From a virus (lineage: Duplodnaviria; Heunggongvirae; Uroviricota; Caudoviricetes), in the IMG/VR virus record IMGVR_UViG_2534681700_000007, positions 1 to 38,311 of that record: 38,311 bases of DNA, one strand, 5' to 3'. Below the pieces are notes generated by a model, which did not search any database, had not been told where the DNA came from, and saw only the letters and a list, made by a program, of their open reading frames with translations. Position 1 is the first letter of the stretch; each line of letters begins with the position of its first letter. A program made the translations under genes and the position numbers. Below, piece by piece: positions 19,168-32,132 of the stretch.

Positions 19168-19486
19168 CGTCAGGAAAGCAGGGGAGAATGCTGCTAGTTG
19201 GGCAACTGGTCTTTCTGCTCCAAATTATAACAGAGACCAGTTATAGTTTCGGTGCTGTGTTTTTTTTACAATATTGTGATAACACATTGCTGGCGGGAGT
19301 TTTGATATTTCTTGGCAGGGGCTGATGATGCGTTATCCTGATGTCGTCAACTCATATAAAATGAGATGAGAGATCATTGCAGGGTGGTTTGTAATTCGCT
19401 GTTTAGCGGGACAATATGTTGTCTGATACAAGACACCCGACGCCTCAGATTACTATAATAAAGACGAAGCATCCTTTGTATTGACC

Positions 19487-19512
19487 AACCGCCTGTTTAG
19501 GCGGTTCTTTTT
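19487..19512 (+). terminator. Intrinsic terminator (stem AACCGCC / GGCGGTT, 6-nt loop, then CTTTTT); closes a candidate ~50-nt transcript starting after the TATAAT at 19454..19459
   Basis: Read from the sequence; see finding on the candidate small RNA. Confidence 0.4.
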
Positions 19513-20044
19513 GGGCTGGTTTATTGTATGCCAAATGATTATTAAAAAGGTTGTGTTAATAACAAAATCCGAAATAATATGCCTGCATATTTTTATCTTG
19601 CTTATATTCTGCATATTGTGCATAGCAGGCTCATCCCTGCAATCAAAACTGTATGATGAGTATTTTTTGTTTTCCTTTTTTCCAGTCATCTGATGATGAC
19701 CTGCTTCTTTTTAATCCGGATCGACATCAGTTTTTTAAGATAATTCCTGCGAGTTATATGCATAAATACCACAAACTCCGCATTTTATGTGGTTGGGAGT
19801 TGCCGGGCGCGCAGTGAGTTTGCTAAGAAAACTCCTGCATGGTGAATCCCCCTGTGCGGTGGGGTGATACCATTAACCTTTTCTGTCGCCGACAGGTATC
19901 ACGAACATTTTGTTCACCGGGAGGCACCCGGCACCATGCACTTCAATAGATTCTCTCCACATTATGGATATTCTTTCAGAATATCCCACGCAGACTTTGT
20001 GTAAATGTTAACAAATGTGCGTTTTATTTGATCTGATTCGCTGT

Positions 20045-20074
20045 TTGAGCGTCCAAAACAACGGTATATATAAT
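20045..20074 (+). promoter_or_regulatory. Candidate sigma70 promoter of the lipoprotein moron (-35 TTGAGC 20045..20050; -10 TATAAT 20069..20074)
   Basis: Read from the sequence, ~30 nt upstream of the ATG at 20104, which has a GAGGA Shine-Dalgarno. Confidence 0.35.
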
Positions 20075-20103
20075 CCTTTACTATATGACATATGTGAGGA
20101 AAA

Positions 20104-20532
20104 ATGGGTTTTCGTAGCGCATCAATTCTTACGTTGATTATTAGTGGGATTATTATCGGGTGCACTGATGCTGTATCGACAAATTATCATGACCGTACAT
20201 CATATTACTCCGATAAAGCAATAGAGACACAGTATGTGAGTTCATCTGAACGTACTTCTGATGTTAGTGAGAATATCCGTCTGTATGCCCATCAAATCAA
20301 GAGCGCCATCGAAAAACAGTTCGGGGATGCGAGTAAGTATTCAGGAAAAGAGTGTACACTGAGAATGCATATGGCCCCGAATGGCCTTCTACTGGAGGTT
20401 AAAAGAGAAAGTGGAGACCTCGATTTATGTCGTGAAGCGATGAATGCGATAAAGAATGCTGATATACCTGCCCCCCCTTCGCCGGAAGTATATAAAGTAT
20501 TTCAAAATGGGGTGCTGGATTTTAAACCCTGA
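20104..20532 (+). CDS. Lipoprotein with C-terminal TolA domain III-like domain, 142 aa
   Basis: Signal peptide with lipobox IIG-C; the C-terminal ~85 aa (HQIKSAIEKQFGDASKYSGKECTLRMHMAPNGLLLEVKRESGDLDLCREAMNAIKNADIPAPPSPEVYKVFQNGVLDFKP) align with my recollection of E. coli TolA C-terminus (...QIKSAIESKFYDASSYAGKTCTLRIKLAPDGMLLDIKPEGGDPALCQAALAAAKLAKIPKPPSQAVYEVFKNAPLDFKP). Confidence 0.7.
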   Translation: MGFRSASILTLIISGIIIGCTDAVSTNYHDRTSYYSDKAIETQYVSSSERTSDVSENIRLYAHQIKSAIEKQFGDASKYSGKECTLRMHMAPNGLLLEVKRESGDLDLCREAMNAIKNADIPAPPSPEVYKVFQNGVLDFKP

Positions 20533-20682
20533 TATTTATTGTTTTGTAATAAACGGTTTCGGCTTAGGTTTGTTCTGACACAGCTACGGCACTGAGCTAA
20601 ATTTAGCGGATAGTCAGCTCTGAGCCAGTGGCGGACGTAACAACTACTATTGCTGAGATTTTAATGGATTGAGGAGCAAGAA

Positions 20683-21078
20683 GTGGGATTAAAGAAAATC
20701 GTTATGTTGACTTTTTGGGTCGGTTTTGTTGCGGGATGCACACCTTTACACCCTTCAGATTGCCACAAAACTACTGCTACAGGTAGTTGCAGTTCAGGAC
20801 GCTGGGATGATCAGGATGAATGGGGGGCGCAAGCGCGGGGAATCAGAGCTGCAATTAATGCCAAACTTGATGAGCCGCATAACTGGAAAGGGAAAAAATG
20901 CAGGTTGCATATGGAATTCTCTCAGGATGGCACGGCGTTAAAAATATCTACCAGTAACGGTGATAAAGCCTATTGCGAAGCGATAAAGTCCGCAGCTCAT
21001 AAAGCCAAATTTCCGGCCTTCAACAATCCGGAAGTCTACAGAGATTTTCAGAAATCTGGCTTTGACATGCGAGGTTAG
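20683..21078 (+). CDS. Second, more divergent lipoprotein with TolA domain III-like C-terminus, 131 aa, GTG start
   Basis: GAGGAG Shine-Dalgarno 6 nt upstream of the GTG; lipobox VAG-C; C-terminal region (GKKCRLHMEFSQDGTALKISTSNGDKAYCEAIKSAAHKAKFPAFNNPEVYRDFQKSGFDMRG) keeps the same conserved Cys pair and xPEVYxxFQ motif as the upstream paralog. Confidence 0.65.
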   Translation: MGLKKIVMLTFWVGFVAGCTPLHPSDCHKTTATGSCSSGRWDDQDEWGAQARGIRAAINAKLDEPHNWKGKKCRLHMEFSQDGTALKISTSNGDKAYCEAIKSAAHKAKFPAFNNPEVYRDFQKSGFDMRG

Positions 21079-21203
21079 CTCTTCAATTACTATATCTCAT
21101 TCATAGCAAACTGACAGATTTGATGATGTTCTATATACGAAACCTGTGATGTCAAGTCTGAGCTAATACAAATAAACATAATATCAGAGAAATACATTTT
21201 ATT

Positions 21204-21227
21204 AGCTCGCTACGGCGAGCTTTTTAT
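21204..21227 (+). terminator. Intrinsic terminator (AGCTCGC-TACG-GCGAGCT then TTTTTAT) closing the lipoprotein moron
   Basis: Read from the sequence, ~125 nt after the second lipoprotein stop and upstream of the holin gene. Confidence 0.5.
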
Positions 21228-21329
21228 ATTGCATCGTCTCCAGCATATATATCAATTAAGGCTCTGATTGATGTGTCTGAAAGCCTACACATAATAACTA
21301 TGCCATCCGTTCCGTGCGGAGGTGAGGCT

Positions 21330-21545
21330 ATGAAATCCATGGACAAAATTTCAACAGGCATTGCCTACGGCACCTCCGCAGGCAGTGCTGGCTACTGGTT
21401 TTTACAGTTGCTCGATAGAGTAACTCCGTCACAGTGGGCTGCAATCGGTGTGCTGGGTAGTCTGGTATTTGGCCTGCTGACGTACCTGACAAACCTTTAT
21501 TTCAAGATTAAAGAAGATAAGCGCAAGGCTGCGAGAGGTGAATAA
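21330..21545 (+). CDS. S: Phage-21-type pinholin (S21), 71 aa from [14 protein letters not shown] (dual-start MKSM.../MDKI...)
   Basis: Recognised S21 sequence; GGAGGTGA Shine-Dalgarno; its stop overlaps the endolysin start (TAATG). Confidence 0.85.
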   Translation: MKSMDKISTGIAYGTSAGSAGYWFLQLLDRVTPSQWAAIGVLGSLVFGLLTYLTNLYFKIKEDKRKAARGE

Positions 21546-22042
21546 TGCCTCCATCATTACGAAAAGTCGTTGCTGCTGCTATTGGTGGCGGAGCAATTGC
21601 TATAGCATCAGTGTTAATCACTGGCCCAAGTGGTAACGATGGTCTGGAAGGTGTCAGCTACATACCATACAAAGATATTGTTGGTGTATGGACTGTATGT
21701 CACGGGCATACAGGAAAAGACATCATGCTCGGTAAAACGTATACCAAAGCAGAATGCAAAACACTCTTGAATAAAGACCTTGCCACGGTCGCCAGACAAA
21801 TTAACCCGTACATCAAAGTCGATATACCGGAAACAACGCGCGGCGCTCTTTACTCATTCGTTTACAACGTGGGTGCTGGCAATTTCAGAACATCGACGCT
21901 TCTTCGCAAAATAAACCAGGGCGATATCAAAGGCGCATGTGATCAGCTACGTCGCTGGACATATGCTGGCGGTAAGCAATGGAAAGGTCTCATGACTCGT
22001 CGTGAGATTGAGCGTGAAATCTGTTTGTGGGGTCAGCAATGA
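21545..22042 (+). CDS. R: SAR endolysin (R21-type lysozyme), 165 aa
   Basis: N-terminal Gly/Ala-rich signal-anchor-release segment ([18 protein letters not shown]) followed by a lysozyme domain; recognised as R21. Confidence 0.85.
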   Translation: MPPSLRKVVAAAIGGGAIAIASVLITGPSGNDGLEGVSYIPYKDIVGVWTVCHGHTGKDIMLGKTYTKAECKTLLNKDLATVARQINPYIKVDIPETTRGALYSFVYNVGAGNFRTSTLLRKINQGDIKGACDQLRRWTYAGGKQWKGLMTRREIEREICLWGQQ

Positions 22043-22500
22043 ACAGAGTAACCGCGATTATCTCCGCTCTGGTTATCTGCATCATCGTCTGCCTGTCATG
22101 GGCTGTTAATCATTACCGTGATAACGCCATTACCTACAAAGCCCAGCGCGACAAAAATGCCAGAGAACTGAAGCTGGCGAACGCGGCAATTACTGACATG
22201 CAGATGCGCCAGCGTGATGTTGCTGCACTGGATGAAAAATACACGAAGGAGTTAGCTAATGCGAAAGCTGAAAATGATGCTCTGCGTGATGATGTTGCCG
22301 CTGGTCGTCGTCGGTTGCACATCAAAGCAGTCTGTCAGTCAGTGCGTGAAGCCACCACCGCCTCCGGCGTGGATAATGCAGCCTCCCCCCGACTGGCAGA
22401 CACCGCTGAACGGGATTATTTCACCCTCAGAGAGAGGCTGATCACTATGCAAAAACAACTGGAAGGAACCCAGAAGTATATTAATGAGCAGTGCAGATAG
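22039..22500 (+). CDS. Rz: i-spanin Rz, 153 aa
   Basis: Translation from [45 protein letters not shown] is nearly identical to lambda Rz. Confidence 0.9.
   Translation: MNRVTAIISALVICIIVCLSWAVNHYRDNAITYKAQRDKNARELKLANAAITDMQMRQRDVAALDEKYTKELANAKAENDALRDDVAAGRRRLHIKAVCQSVREATTASGVDNAASPRLADTAERDYFTLRERLITMQKQLEGTQKYINEQCR
22259..22441 (+). CDS. Rz1: o-spanin Rz1, 60 aa lipoprotein embedded in the +1 frame of Rz
   Basis: Lipobox VVG-C and a proline-rich mature part ([20 protein letters not shown]), as in lambda Rz1. Confidence 0.85.
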   Translation: MRKLKMMLCVMMLPLVVVGCTSKQSVSQCVKPPPPPAWIMQPPPDWQTPLNGIISPSERG

Positions 22501-22531
22501 AGCTGCCCATATCGATGGGCAACTCATGCAA

Positions 22532-22825
22532 TTATTGTGAGCAATACACACGCGCTTCCAGCGGAGTATAAATGCCTAAAGTAATAAAACCGAGCAATCC
22601 ATTTACGAATGTTTGCTGGGTTTCTGTTTTAACAACATTTTCTGCGCCGCCACAAATTTTGGCTGCATCAACAGTTTTCTCCTGTCCAATTCCCGAAACG
22701 AAGAAGTGATGGGTGATGGTTTCCTTTGGTGTTACTGCTGTCGGTTTGTTTCCAACAGTAAACGTCTGTTGAGCACATCCTGTAATAAGCATTGCCAGAG
22801 CGGCAGAAAACAACATTTTTTTCAT
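22532..22825 (-). CDS. bor: Bor lipoprotein (serum resistance), 97 aa from MKKMLFSAALAMLITGC
   Basis: Recognised lambda Bor sequence; lipobox ITG-C; antisense to the late operon as in lambda. Confidence 0.9.
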   Translation of the reverse strand: MKKMLFSAALAMLITGCAQQTFTVGNKPTAVTPKETITHHFFVSGIGQEKTVDAAKICGGAENVVKTETQQTFVNGLLGFITLGIYTPLEARVYCSQ

Positions 22826-23187
22826 CTTATTATCCTGCATTGTTAAAAACGGCGGAATCCTATGTGACAACAATTAAACGATAGTTAAATGGATTGATGA
22901 AAATTAAAACTATATAGGTGTACGCTCAGACTATTGGAGGAAGTTGGGGACACTCAGAATCCTGTGGAATGAAATAAACCGCTCTTTCTGTCTATTACCC
23001 TTTTAGCTGCGCTGTATCGTCGCCGTATTCCCGCATGAACCATGACCGTAGCCCGACGGGGAATTCCTTCTGCGTGAGTGTGCGGGAATAATCAAAAACG
23101 ATGCACACCGGGTTTTACTGTGCTGACAGACGCAGGGTTACCCTCATAGTTGCTTTTCCGGTGCGATGGTGGAAGAAACCGGGATGT

Positions 23188-23382
23188 TTATTCATCATCA
23201 CTTTGGATTGATGTATATGCTCTCTTTTCTGACGTTAGTCTCCGACGGCAGGCTTCAATGACCCAGGCTGAGAAATTCCCAGACCCTTTTTGATCAAGAG
23301 CGATGTTAATTTGTTCAATCATTGGGTTAGGAAAGCGGATGTTGCGGGTTGTTGTTCTGCGGGTTCTGTTCTTCGTTGACAT
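23188..23382 (-). CDS. Small ribbon-helix-helix-like protein, 64 aa
   Basis: ORF in the track; basic N-terminus and the segment NIRFPNPMIEQINIALDQKGSGNFSAWVIEACRRRL suggest a CopG/Arc-type fold; function unknown. Confidence 0.4.
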   Translation of the reverse strand: MSTKNRTRRTTTRNIRFPNPMIEQINIALDQKGSGNFSAWVIEACRRRLTSEKRAYTSIQSDDE

Positions 23383-23581
23383 GAGGTTGCCCTGTATTCA
23401 GTGTCACTGATTTGTATTGTCTGAAGTTGTTTTTACGTTAAGTTGATGCAGATCAATTAATACGATACCTGCGTCATAATTGATTATTTGACGTGGTTTG
23501 ATGGCGTAGATGCACGTTGTGACATGTAGATGATAATTATTATCATTTTGCGGGTCCTTTCCGGCGATCCGACAGGTTACG

Positions 23582-23593
23582 GGGCGGCGACCT
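23582..23593 (+). other. cosN cohesive-end sequence GGGCGGCGACCT, uncleaved in the prophage; lambda right-end sequence (...CCGACAGGTTACG) lies immediately upstream and cosB downstream
   Basis: Exact match to the lambda cohesive-end 12-mer, with the flanking sequence and nu1 190 nt downstream. Confidence 0.85.
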
Positions 23594-23770
23594 CGCGGGT
23601 TTTCGCTATTTATGAAAATTTTCCGGTTTAAGGCGTTTCCGTTCTTCTTCGCCGTAACTTAATGTTTTTATTTAAAACACCACCTGAAAAGAAAGGAAAC
23701 GACAGATGCTGAAAACGGGTTTTTTGGCCTCTGTCGTTTCCTTTCTCTGTTTTTGTCCGTGGAATGAACA

Positions 23771-24290
23771 ATGGAAGTCAACAAAAAGCAGCTGGCTGAC
23801 ATTTTCGGCGCGAGCATCCGTACCATTCAGAACTGGCAGGAGCAGGGAATGCCCGTTCTGCGAGGCGGTGGCAAGGGTAATGAGGTGCTTTATGATTCTG
23901 CCGCCGTCATAAAATGGTATGCCGAAAGGGATGCTGAAATTGAGAACGAAAAGCTGCGCCGGGAAGTTGAAGAACTGCTGCAGGCCAGCGAGACAGATCT
24001 CCAGCCAGGGACTATTGAGTACGAACGCCATCGACTTACGCGTGCGCAGGCCGACGCACAGGAGCTAAAAAATGCCAGAGACTCCGCTGAAGTGGTGGAA
24101 ACCGCATTCTGTACTTTCGTGCTGTCGCGGATCGCAGGTGAAATTGCCAGTATTCTCGACGGGATCCCCCTGTCGGTGCAGCGGCGTTTTCCGGAACTGG
24201 AAAACCGACATGTTGATTTCCTGAAACGGGATATCATCAAAGCCATGAACAAAGCAGCCGCGCTGGATGAACTGATACCGGGGTTGCTGA

Positions 24291-24316
<26 letters not shown>
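23771..24316 (+). CDS. nu1: Terminase small subunit Nu1, 181 aa
   Basis: Translation MEVNKKQLADIFGASIRTIQNWQEQGMPVLRGGGKGNEVLYDSAAVIKWY... essentially identical to lambda Nu1. Confidence 0.95.
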
Positions 24317-27997
<3,681 letters not shown>

Positions 27998-28017
<20 letters not shown>

Positions 28018-29317
28018 TCTCCCGCATATTGCCAGCATGGCCTTTAATGAGCCGCTGATGCTTGAACCCGCCTATGCGCGGGTTTTCTTTTGTGCGCTAG
28101 CAGGCCAGCTTGGGATCAGCCGCCTGACAGATGCGGTGTCCGGTGACAGCCTGACTGCCCCGGAGACACCCGCGACGCTGGCGTTATCCGGTGATGATGA
28201 CGGACCACGACAGGCCCGCAGTTATCAGGTCATGAACGGCATCGCCGTGCTGCCGGTTTCCGGCACGCTGGTCAACCGGACGCGGGCGCTGCAGCCGCAT
28301 TCGGGGATGACCGGTTACAACGGCATTATCGCCCGTCTGCAACAGGCTGCCAGCGATCCGATGGTGGACGGCATTCTGCTCGATATGGACACGCCCGGCG
28401 GGATGGTGGCGGGGGCATTTGACTGCGCTGACATCATCGCCCGTGTGCGTGACATAAAACCGGTATGGGCGCTGGCCAACGACATGAACTGCAGTGCAGG
28501 TCAGCTGCTTGCCAGTGCCGCCTCCCGGCGTCTGGTCACGCAGACCGCCCGGACAGGCTCCATCGGCGTCATGATGGCTCACAGTAATTACGGCGCTGCG
28601 CTGGAGAAACAGGGCGTGGAAATCACGCTGATTTACAGCGGCAGCCATAAGGTGGATGGCAACCCCTACAGCCATCTACCGGATGATGTCCGGGAAACAC
28701 TGCAGTCCCGGATGGATGCAACTCGCCGGATGTTTGCACAGAAGGTATCGGCATATACCGGCCTGTCCGTGCAGGCTGTGCTGGATACCGAGGCTGCAGT
28801 GTACAGCGGTCAGGAGGCCATTGATGCCGGACTGGCTGATGAACTTGTTAACAGTACCGATGCGATCACCGTCATGCGTGATGCACTGGATACACGTAAA
28901 TCCCGTCTCTCAGGAGGGCGAATGACCAAAGAGACTCAATCAACAACTGTTTCAGCCACTGCTTCGCAGGCTGACGTTACTGGCGTGGTGCAAGCGACGG
29001 AGGGCAAAAACGCCAGCGCGGCGCAGCCGGATGTGAACGCGCAGATCACCGCAGCGGTTGCGGCAGAAAACAGCCGCATTATGGGGATCCTCAACTGTGA
29101 GGAGGCTCACGGACGCGAAGAACAGGCACGCGTGCTGGCCGAACCCCCCGGTATGACCGTGGAAACGGCCCGCCGCATTCTGGCAGCTGCACCACAGAGT
29201 GCACAGGCGCGCAGTGACACTGCGCTGGATCGTCTGATGCAGGGGGCACCGGCACCGCTGGCTGCAGGTAACCCGTCATCTGATGCCGTTAACGATTTGC
29301 TGAACACACCAGTGTAA
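27998..29317 (+). CDS. C: Head maturation protease / scaffold C, 439 aa, GTG start
   Basis: ORF 27839..29317 in the track, trimmed to the GTG giving MTAELRNLPHIASMAFNEPLM as in lambda gpC; overlaps the end of B. Confidence 0.9.
28712..29317 (+). CDS. nu3: Scaffolding protein Nu3, nested in frame within the 3' end of C
   Basis: In-frame internal ATG at 28712 at the position equivalent to lambda Nu3. Confidence 0.75.
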   Translation: MDATRRMFAQKVSAYTGLSVQAVLDTEAAVYSGQEAIDAGLADELVNSTDAITVMRDALDTRKSRLSGGRMTKETQSTTVSATASQADVTGVVQATEGKNASAAQPDVNAQITAAVAAENSRIMGILNCEEAHGREEQARVLAEPPGMTVETARRILAAAPQSAQARSDTALDRLMQGAPAPLAAGNPSSDAVNDLLNTPV

Positions 29318-29326
29318 GGGATGTTT

Positions 29327-29659
29327 ATGACGAGCAAAGAAACCTTTACCCATTACCAGCCGCTGGGCAACAGTGACCCGGCACATACGGCAACCGCGCC
29401 CGGCGGATTGAGTGCGAAAGCGCCTGCAATGACCCCGCTGATGCTGGACACCTCCACCCGTAAGCTGGTTGTGTGGGATGGCACCACCGACGGTGCTGCC
29501 GTTGGCATTCTGGCGGTTGCTGCTGACCAGACCAGCACCACGCTGACGTTCTACAAGTCCGGCACGTTCCGTTATGAGGATGTGCTCTGGCCGGAGGCTG
29601 CCAGCGACGAGACGAAAAAACGGACCGCGTTTGCCGGAACGGCAATCAGCATCGTTTAA
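29327..29659 (+). CDS. D: Head decoration protein D, 110 aa
   Basis: Translation [41 protein letters not shown]... matches lambda gpD. Confidence 0.95.
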   Translation: MTSKETFTHYQPLGNSDPAHTATAPGGLSAKAPAMTPLMLDTSTRKLVVWDGTTDGAAVGILAVAADQTSTTLTFYKSGTFRYEDVLWPEAASDETKKRTAFAGTAISIV

Positions 29660-29714
29660 CCTTACCCTTCATCACTAAAGGCCGCCTGTGCGGCTTTTTT
29701 TACGGGATTTTTTT

Positions 29715-30740
29715 ATGTCGATGTACACAACCGCCCAGCTGCTGGCGGCAAATGAGAAGAAATTTAAGTTTGATCCGCTGTTTCTGCGTCTCTTTTTCCG
29801 TGAGAGCTATCCCTTCACCACGGAGAAAGTCTATCTCTCACAAATTCCGGGACTGGTAAACATGGCGCTGTACGTTTCGCCGATTGTTTCCGGTGAGGTT
29901 ATCCGCTCCCGTGGCGGCTCCACCTCTGAATTTACACCGGGATATGTCAAGCCGAAGCATGAGGTGAATCCGCAGATGACCCTGCGTCGCCTGCCGGATG
30001 AAGATCCACAGAATCTGGCGGACCCGGCTTACCGCCGCCGTCGCATCATCCTGCAGAACATGCGAGACGAAGAGCTGGCCATTGCTCAGGTCGAAGAGAT
30101 GCAGGCCGTTTCTGCCGTGCTTAAGGGCAAATATACCATGACCGGTGAAGCCTTCGATCCGGTTGAAGTGGATATGGGCCGCAGTGTGGCGAACAACATC
30201 ACGCAGTCCGGCGGTACGGAGTGGAGCAAGCGTGACAAGTCCACGTATGACCCGACCGACGATATCGAAGCCTACGCGCTGAACGCCAGCGGTGTGGTGA
30301 ATATCATCGTGTTTGATCCGAAAGGCTGGGCGCTGTTCCGTTCCTTCAAAGCCGTCAAGGAGAAGCTGGATACCCGTCGCGGCTCTAATTCCGAGCTGGA
30401 GACAGCGGTAAAAGACCTGGGCGAAGCGGTGTCCTATAAGGGGATGTATGGCGATACGGCGATCGTCGTGTATTCCGGACAGTACGTGGAAAACGACGTC
30501 AAAAAGAACTTCCTGCCGGACAACACGATGGTGCTGGGGAACACTCAGGCACGCGGTCTGCGCACCTATGGCTGCATTCAGGATGCGGACGCACAGCGCG
30601 AAGGTATTAACGCCTCTGCCCGCTACCCGAAAAACTGGGTGACTACCGGCGATCCGGCGCGTGAGTTCACCATGATTCAGTCAGCACCGCTGATGCTGCT
30701 GGCTGACCCTGATGCGTTCGTGTCCGTACAACTGGCGTAA
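29715..30740 (+). CDS. E: Major capsid protein E, 341 aa
   Basis: ORF 29688..30740 trimmed to MSMYTTAQLLAANEKKFKFDPLFLRLFFRESYPF, the lambda gpE N-terminus. Confidence 0.95.
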   Translation: MSMYTTAQLLAANEKKFKFDPLFLRLFFRESYPFTTEKVYLSQIPGLVNMALYVSPIVSGEVIRSRGGSTSEFTPGYVKPKHEVNPQMTLRRLPDEDPQNLADPAYRRRRIILQNMRDEELAIAQVEEMQAVSAVLKGKYTMTGEAFDPVEVDMGRSVANNITQSGGTEWSKRDKSTYDPTDDIEAYALNASGVVNIIVFDPKGWALFRSFKAVKEKLDTRRGSNSELETAVKDLGEAVSYKGMYGDTAIVVYSGQYVENDVKKNFLPDNTMVLGNTQARGLRTYGCIQDADAQREGINASARYPKNWVTTGDPAREFTMIQSAPLMLLADPDAFVSVQLA

Positions 30741-30781
30741 TCATGGCCCTTCGGGGCCATTTTCTCTCTGTGGAGGAGTCC

Positions 30782-31177
30782 ATGACGAAAGATGAACTGA
30801 TTGCCCGTCTTCAGGTGCTGGGTGAGCAACTGAACCGTGATGTCAGCCTGACGGGGACGAAAGAAGAACTGGCACTCCGTGTGGCAGAGCTGGAAGAGGA
30901 GCTTGATGACACGGATGACGCTGCTGGTCAGGACACATCTGTCAGCCCGGAAAATGCGCTGACCGGACATGAAAATGAGGTTGTATCAGCGCAGCCGGAT
31001 ACCGTGACTGATACGGCTGATCTGGTCACGGTTGTGGCACTGGTGACGCTGCATACTGATGCACTTCACGCCACGCGGGATGAGGCTGTGGCATTTGTGC
31101 TGCCGGGAACGGCGTTCCGTGTCTCTGCCGGTGTGGCAGCTGAAATGACAGAGCGCGGCCTGGCCAGAATGCAATAA
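30782..31177 (+). CDS. FI: DNA-packaging protein FI, 131 aa
   Basis: ORF 30743..31177 trimmed to MTKDELIARLQ...; matches lambda gpFI with a variable middle segment. Confidence 0.9.
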   Translation: MTKDELIARLQVLGEQLNRDVSLTGTKEELALRVAELEEELDDTDDAAGQDTSVSPENALTGHENEVVSAQPDTVTDTADLVTVVALVTLHTDALHATRDEAVAFVLPGTAFRVSAGVAAEMTERGLARMQ

Positions 31178-31188
31178 CGGGAGGCGCT

Positions 31189-31542
31189 GTGGCTGATTTC
31201 GATAACCTGTTCGATGCTGCCATTGTTCGCGCCGATGAAACGATACGCGGGTACATGGGAACGTCAGCCACCATGACATCCGGTGAGCAGTCCGGCGCAG
31301 TAATACGTGGTGTTTTTGATGACCCTGAAAATATCAGCTATGCCGGACAGGGCGTGCGCGTTGAAGGCTCCAGCCCGTCCCTGTTTGTCCGGACTGATGA
31401 TGTGCGGCAGCTGCGGCGTGGAGACACGCTGACCATCGGTGAGGAAAACTTCTGGATAGACCGGGTTTCGCCGGATGATGGTGGAAGCTGTCATCTCTGG
31501 CTTGGGCGGGGCGTACCGCCTGCCGTTAACCGTCGCCGCTGA
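31189..31542 (+). CDS. FII: Head-tail connector FII, 117 aa
   Basis: Translation MADFDNLFDAAIVRADETIRGYMGTSATMTSGEQSGAVIRGVFDDPENISYAGQG... matches lambda gpFII. Confidence 0.95.
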   Translation: MADFDNLFDAAIVRADETIRGYMGTSATMTSGEQSGAVIRGVFDDPENISYAGQGVRVEGSSPSLFVRTDDVRQLRRGDTLTIGEENFWIDRVSPDDGGSCHLWLGRGVPPAVNRRR

Positions 31543-31553
31543 AAGGGGGATGT

Positions 31554-32132
31554 ATGGCCATAAAAGGTCTTGAGCAGGCCATTGAAAACCTCAGCCGTAT
31601 CAGCAAAACGGCGGTGCCTGGTGCCGCCGCAATGGCCATTAACCGCGTTGCTTCATCCGCGATATCGCAGTCGGCGTCACAGGTTGCCCGTGAGACAAAG
31701 GTACGCCGGAAACTGGTAAAGGAAAGGGCCAGGCTGAAAAGGGCCACGGTCAAAAATCCGCAGGCCAGAATCAAAGTTAACCGGGGGGATTTGCCCGTAA
31801 TCAAGCTGGGTAATGCGCGGGTTGTCCTTTCGCGCCGCAGGCGTCGTAAAAAGGGGCAGCGTTCATCCCTGAAAGGTGGCGGCAGCGTGCTTGTGGTGGG
31901 TAACCGTCGTATTCCCGGCGCGTTTATTCAGCAACTGAAAAATGGCCGGTGGCATGTCATGCAGCGTGTGGCCGGGAAAAACCGTTACCCCATTGATGTG
32001 GTGAAAATCCCGATGGCGGTGCCGCTGACCACGGCGTTTAAACAAAATATTGAGCGGATACGGCGTGAACGTCTTCCGAAAGAGCTGGGCTATGCGCTGC
32101 AGCATCAACTGAGGATGGTAATAAAGCGATGA
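31554..32132 (+). CDS. Z: Tail completion protein Z, 192 aa
   Basis: ORF in the track; matches lambda gpZ. Confidence 0.95.
   Translation: MAIKGLEQAIENLSRISKTAVPGAAAMAINRVASSAISQSASQVARETKVRRKLVKERARLKRATVKNPQARIKVNRGDLPVIKLGNARVVLSRRRRRKKGQRSSLKGGGSVLVVGNRRIPGAFIQQLKNGRWHVMQRVAGKNRYPIDVVKIPMAVPLTTAFKQNIERIRRERLPKELGYALQHQLRMVIKR

Noticed and set aside
19453-19693. Overlapping 78-aa minus and 70-aa plus ORFs in the AT-rich spacer
   Set aside because: Low-complexity, Ile/Phe/Leu-rich translations typical of AT-rich non-coding DNA; the promoter/terminator pair there is better explained as a small transcript.
19200-20100. Possible tRNA genes in the Q-to-lysis interval, where Stx-type phages often carry them
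   Set aside because: No cloverleaf-compatible sequence or GTTCGAATC-type T-loop motif seen by eye; not supported.
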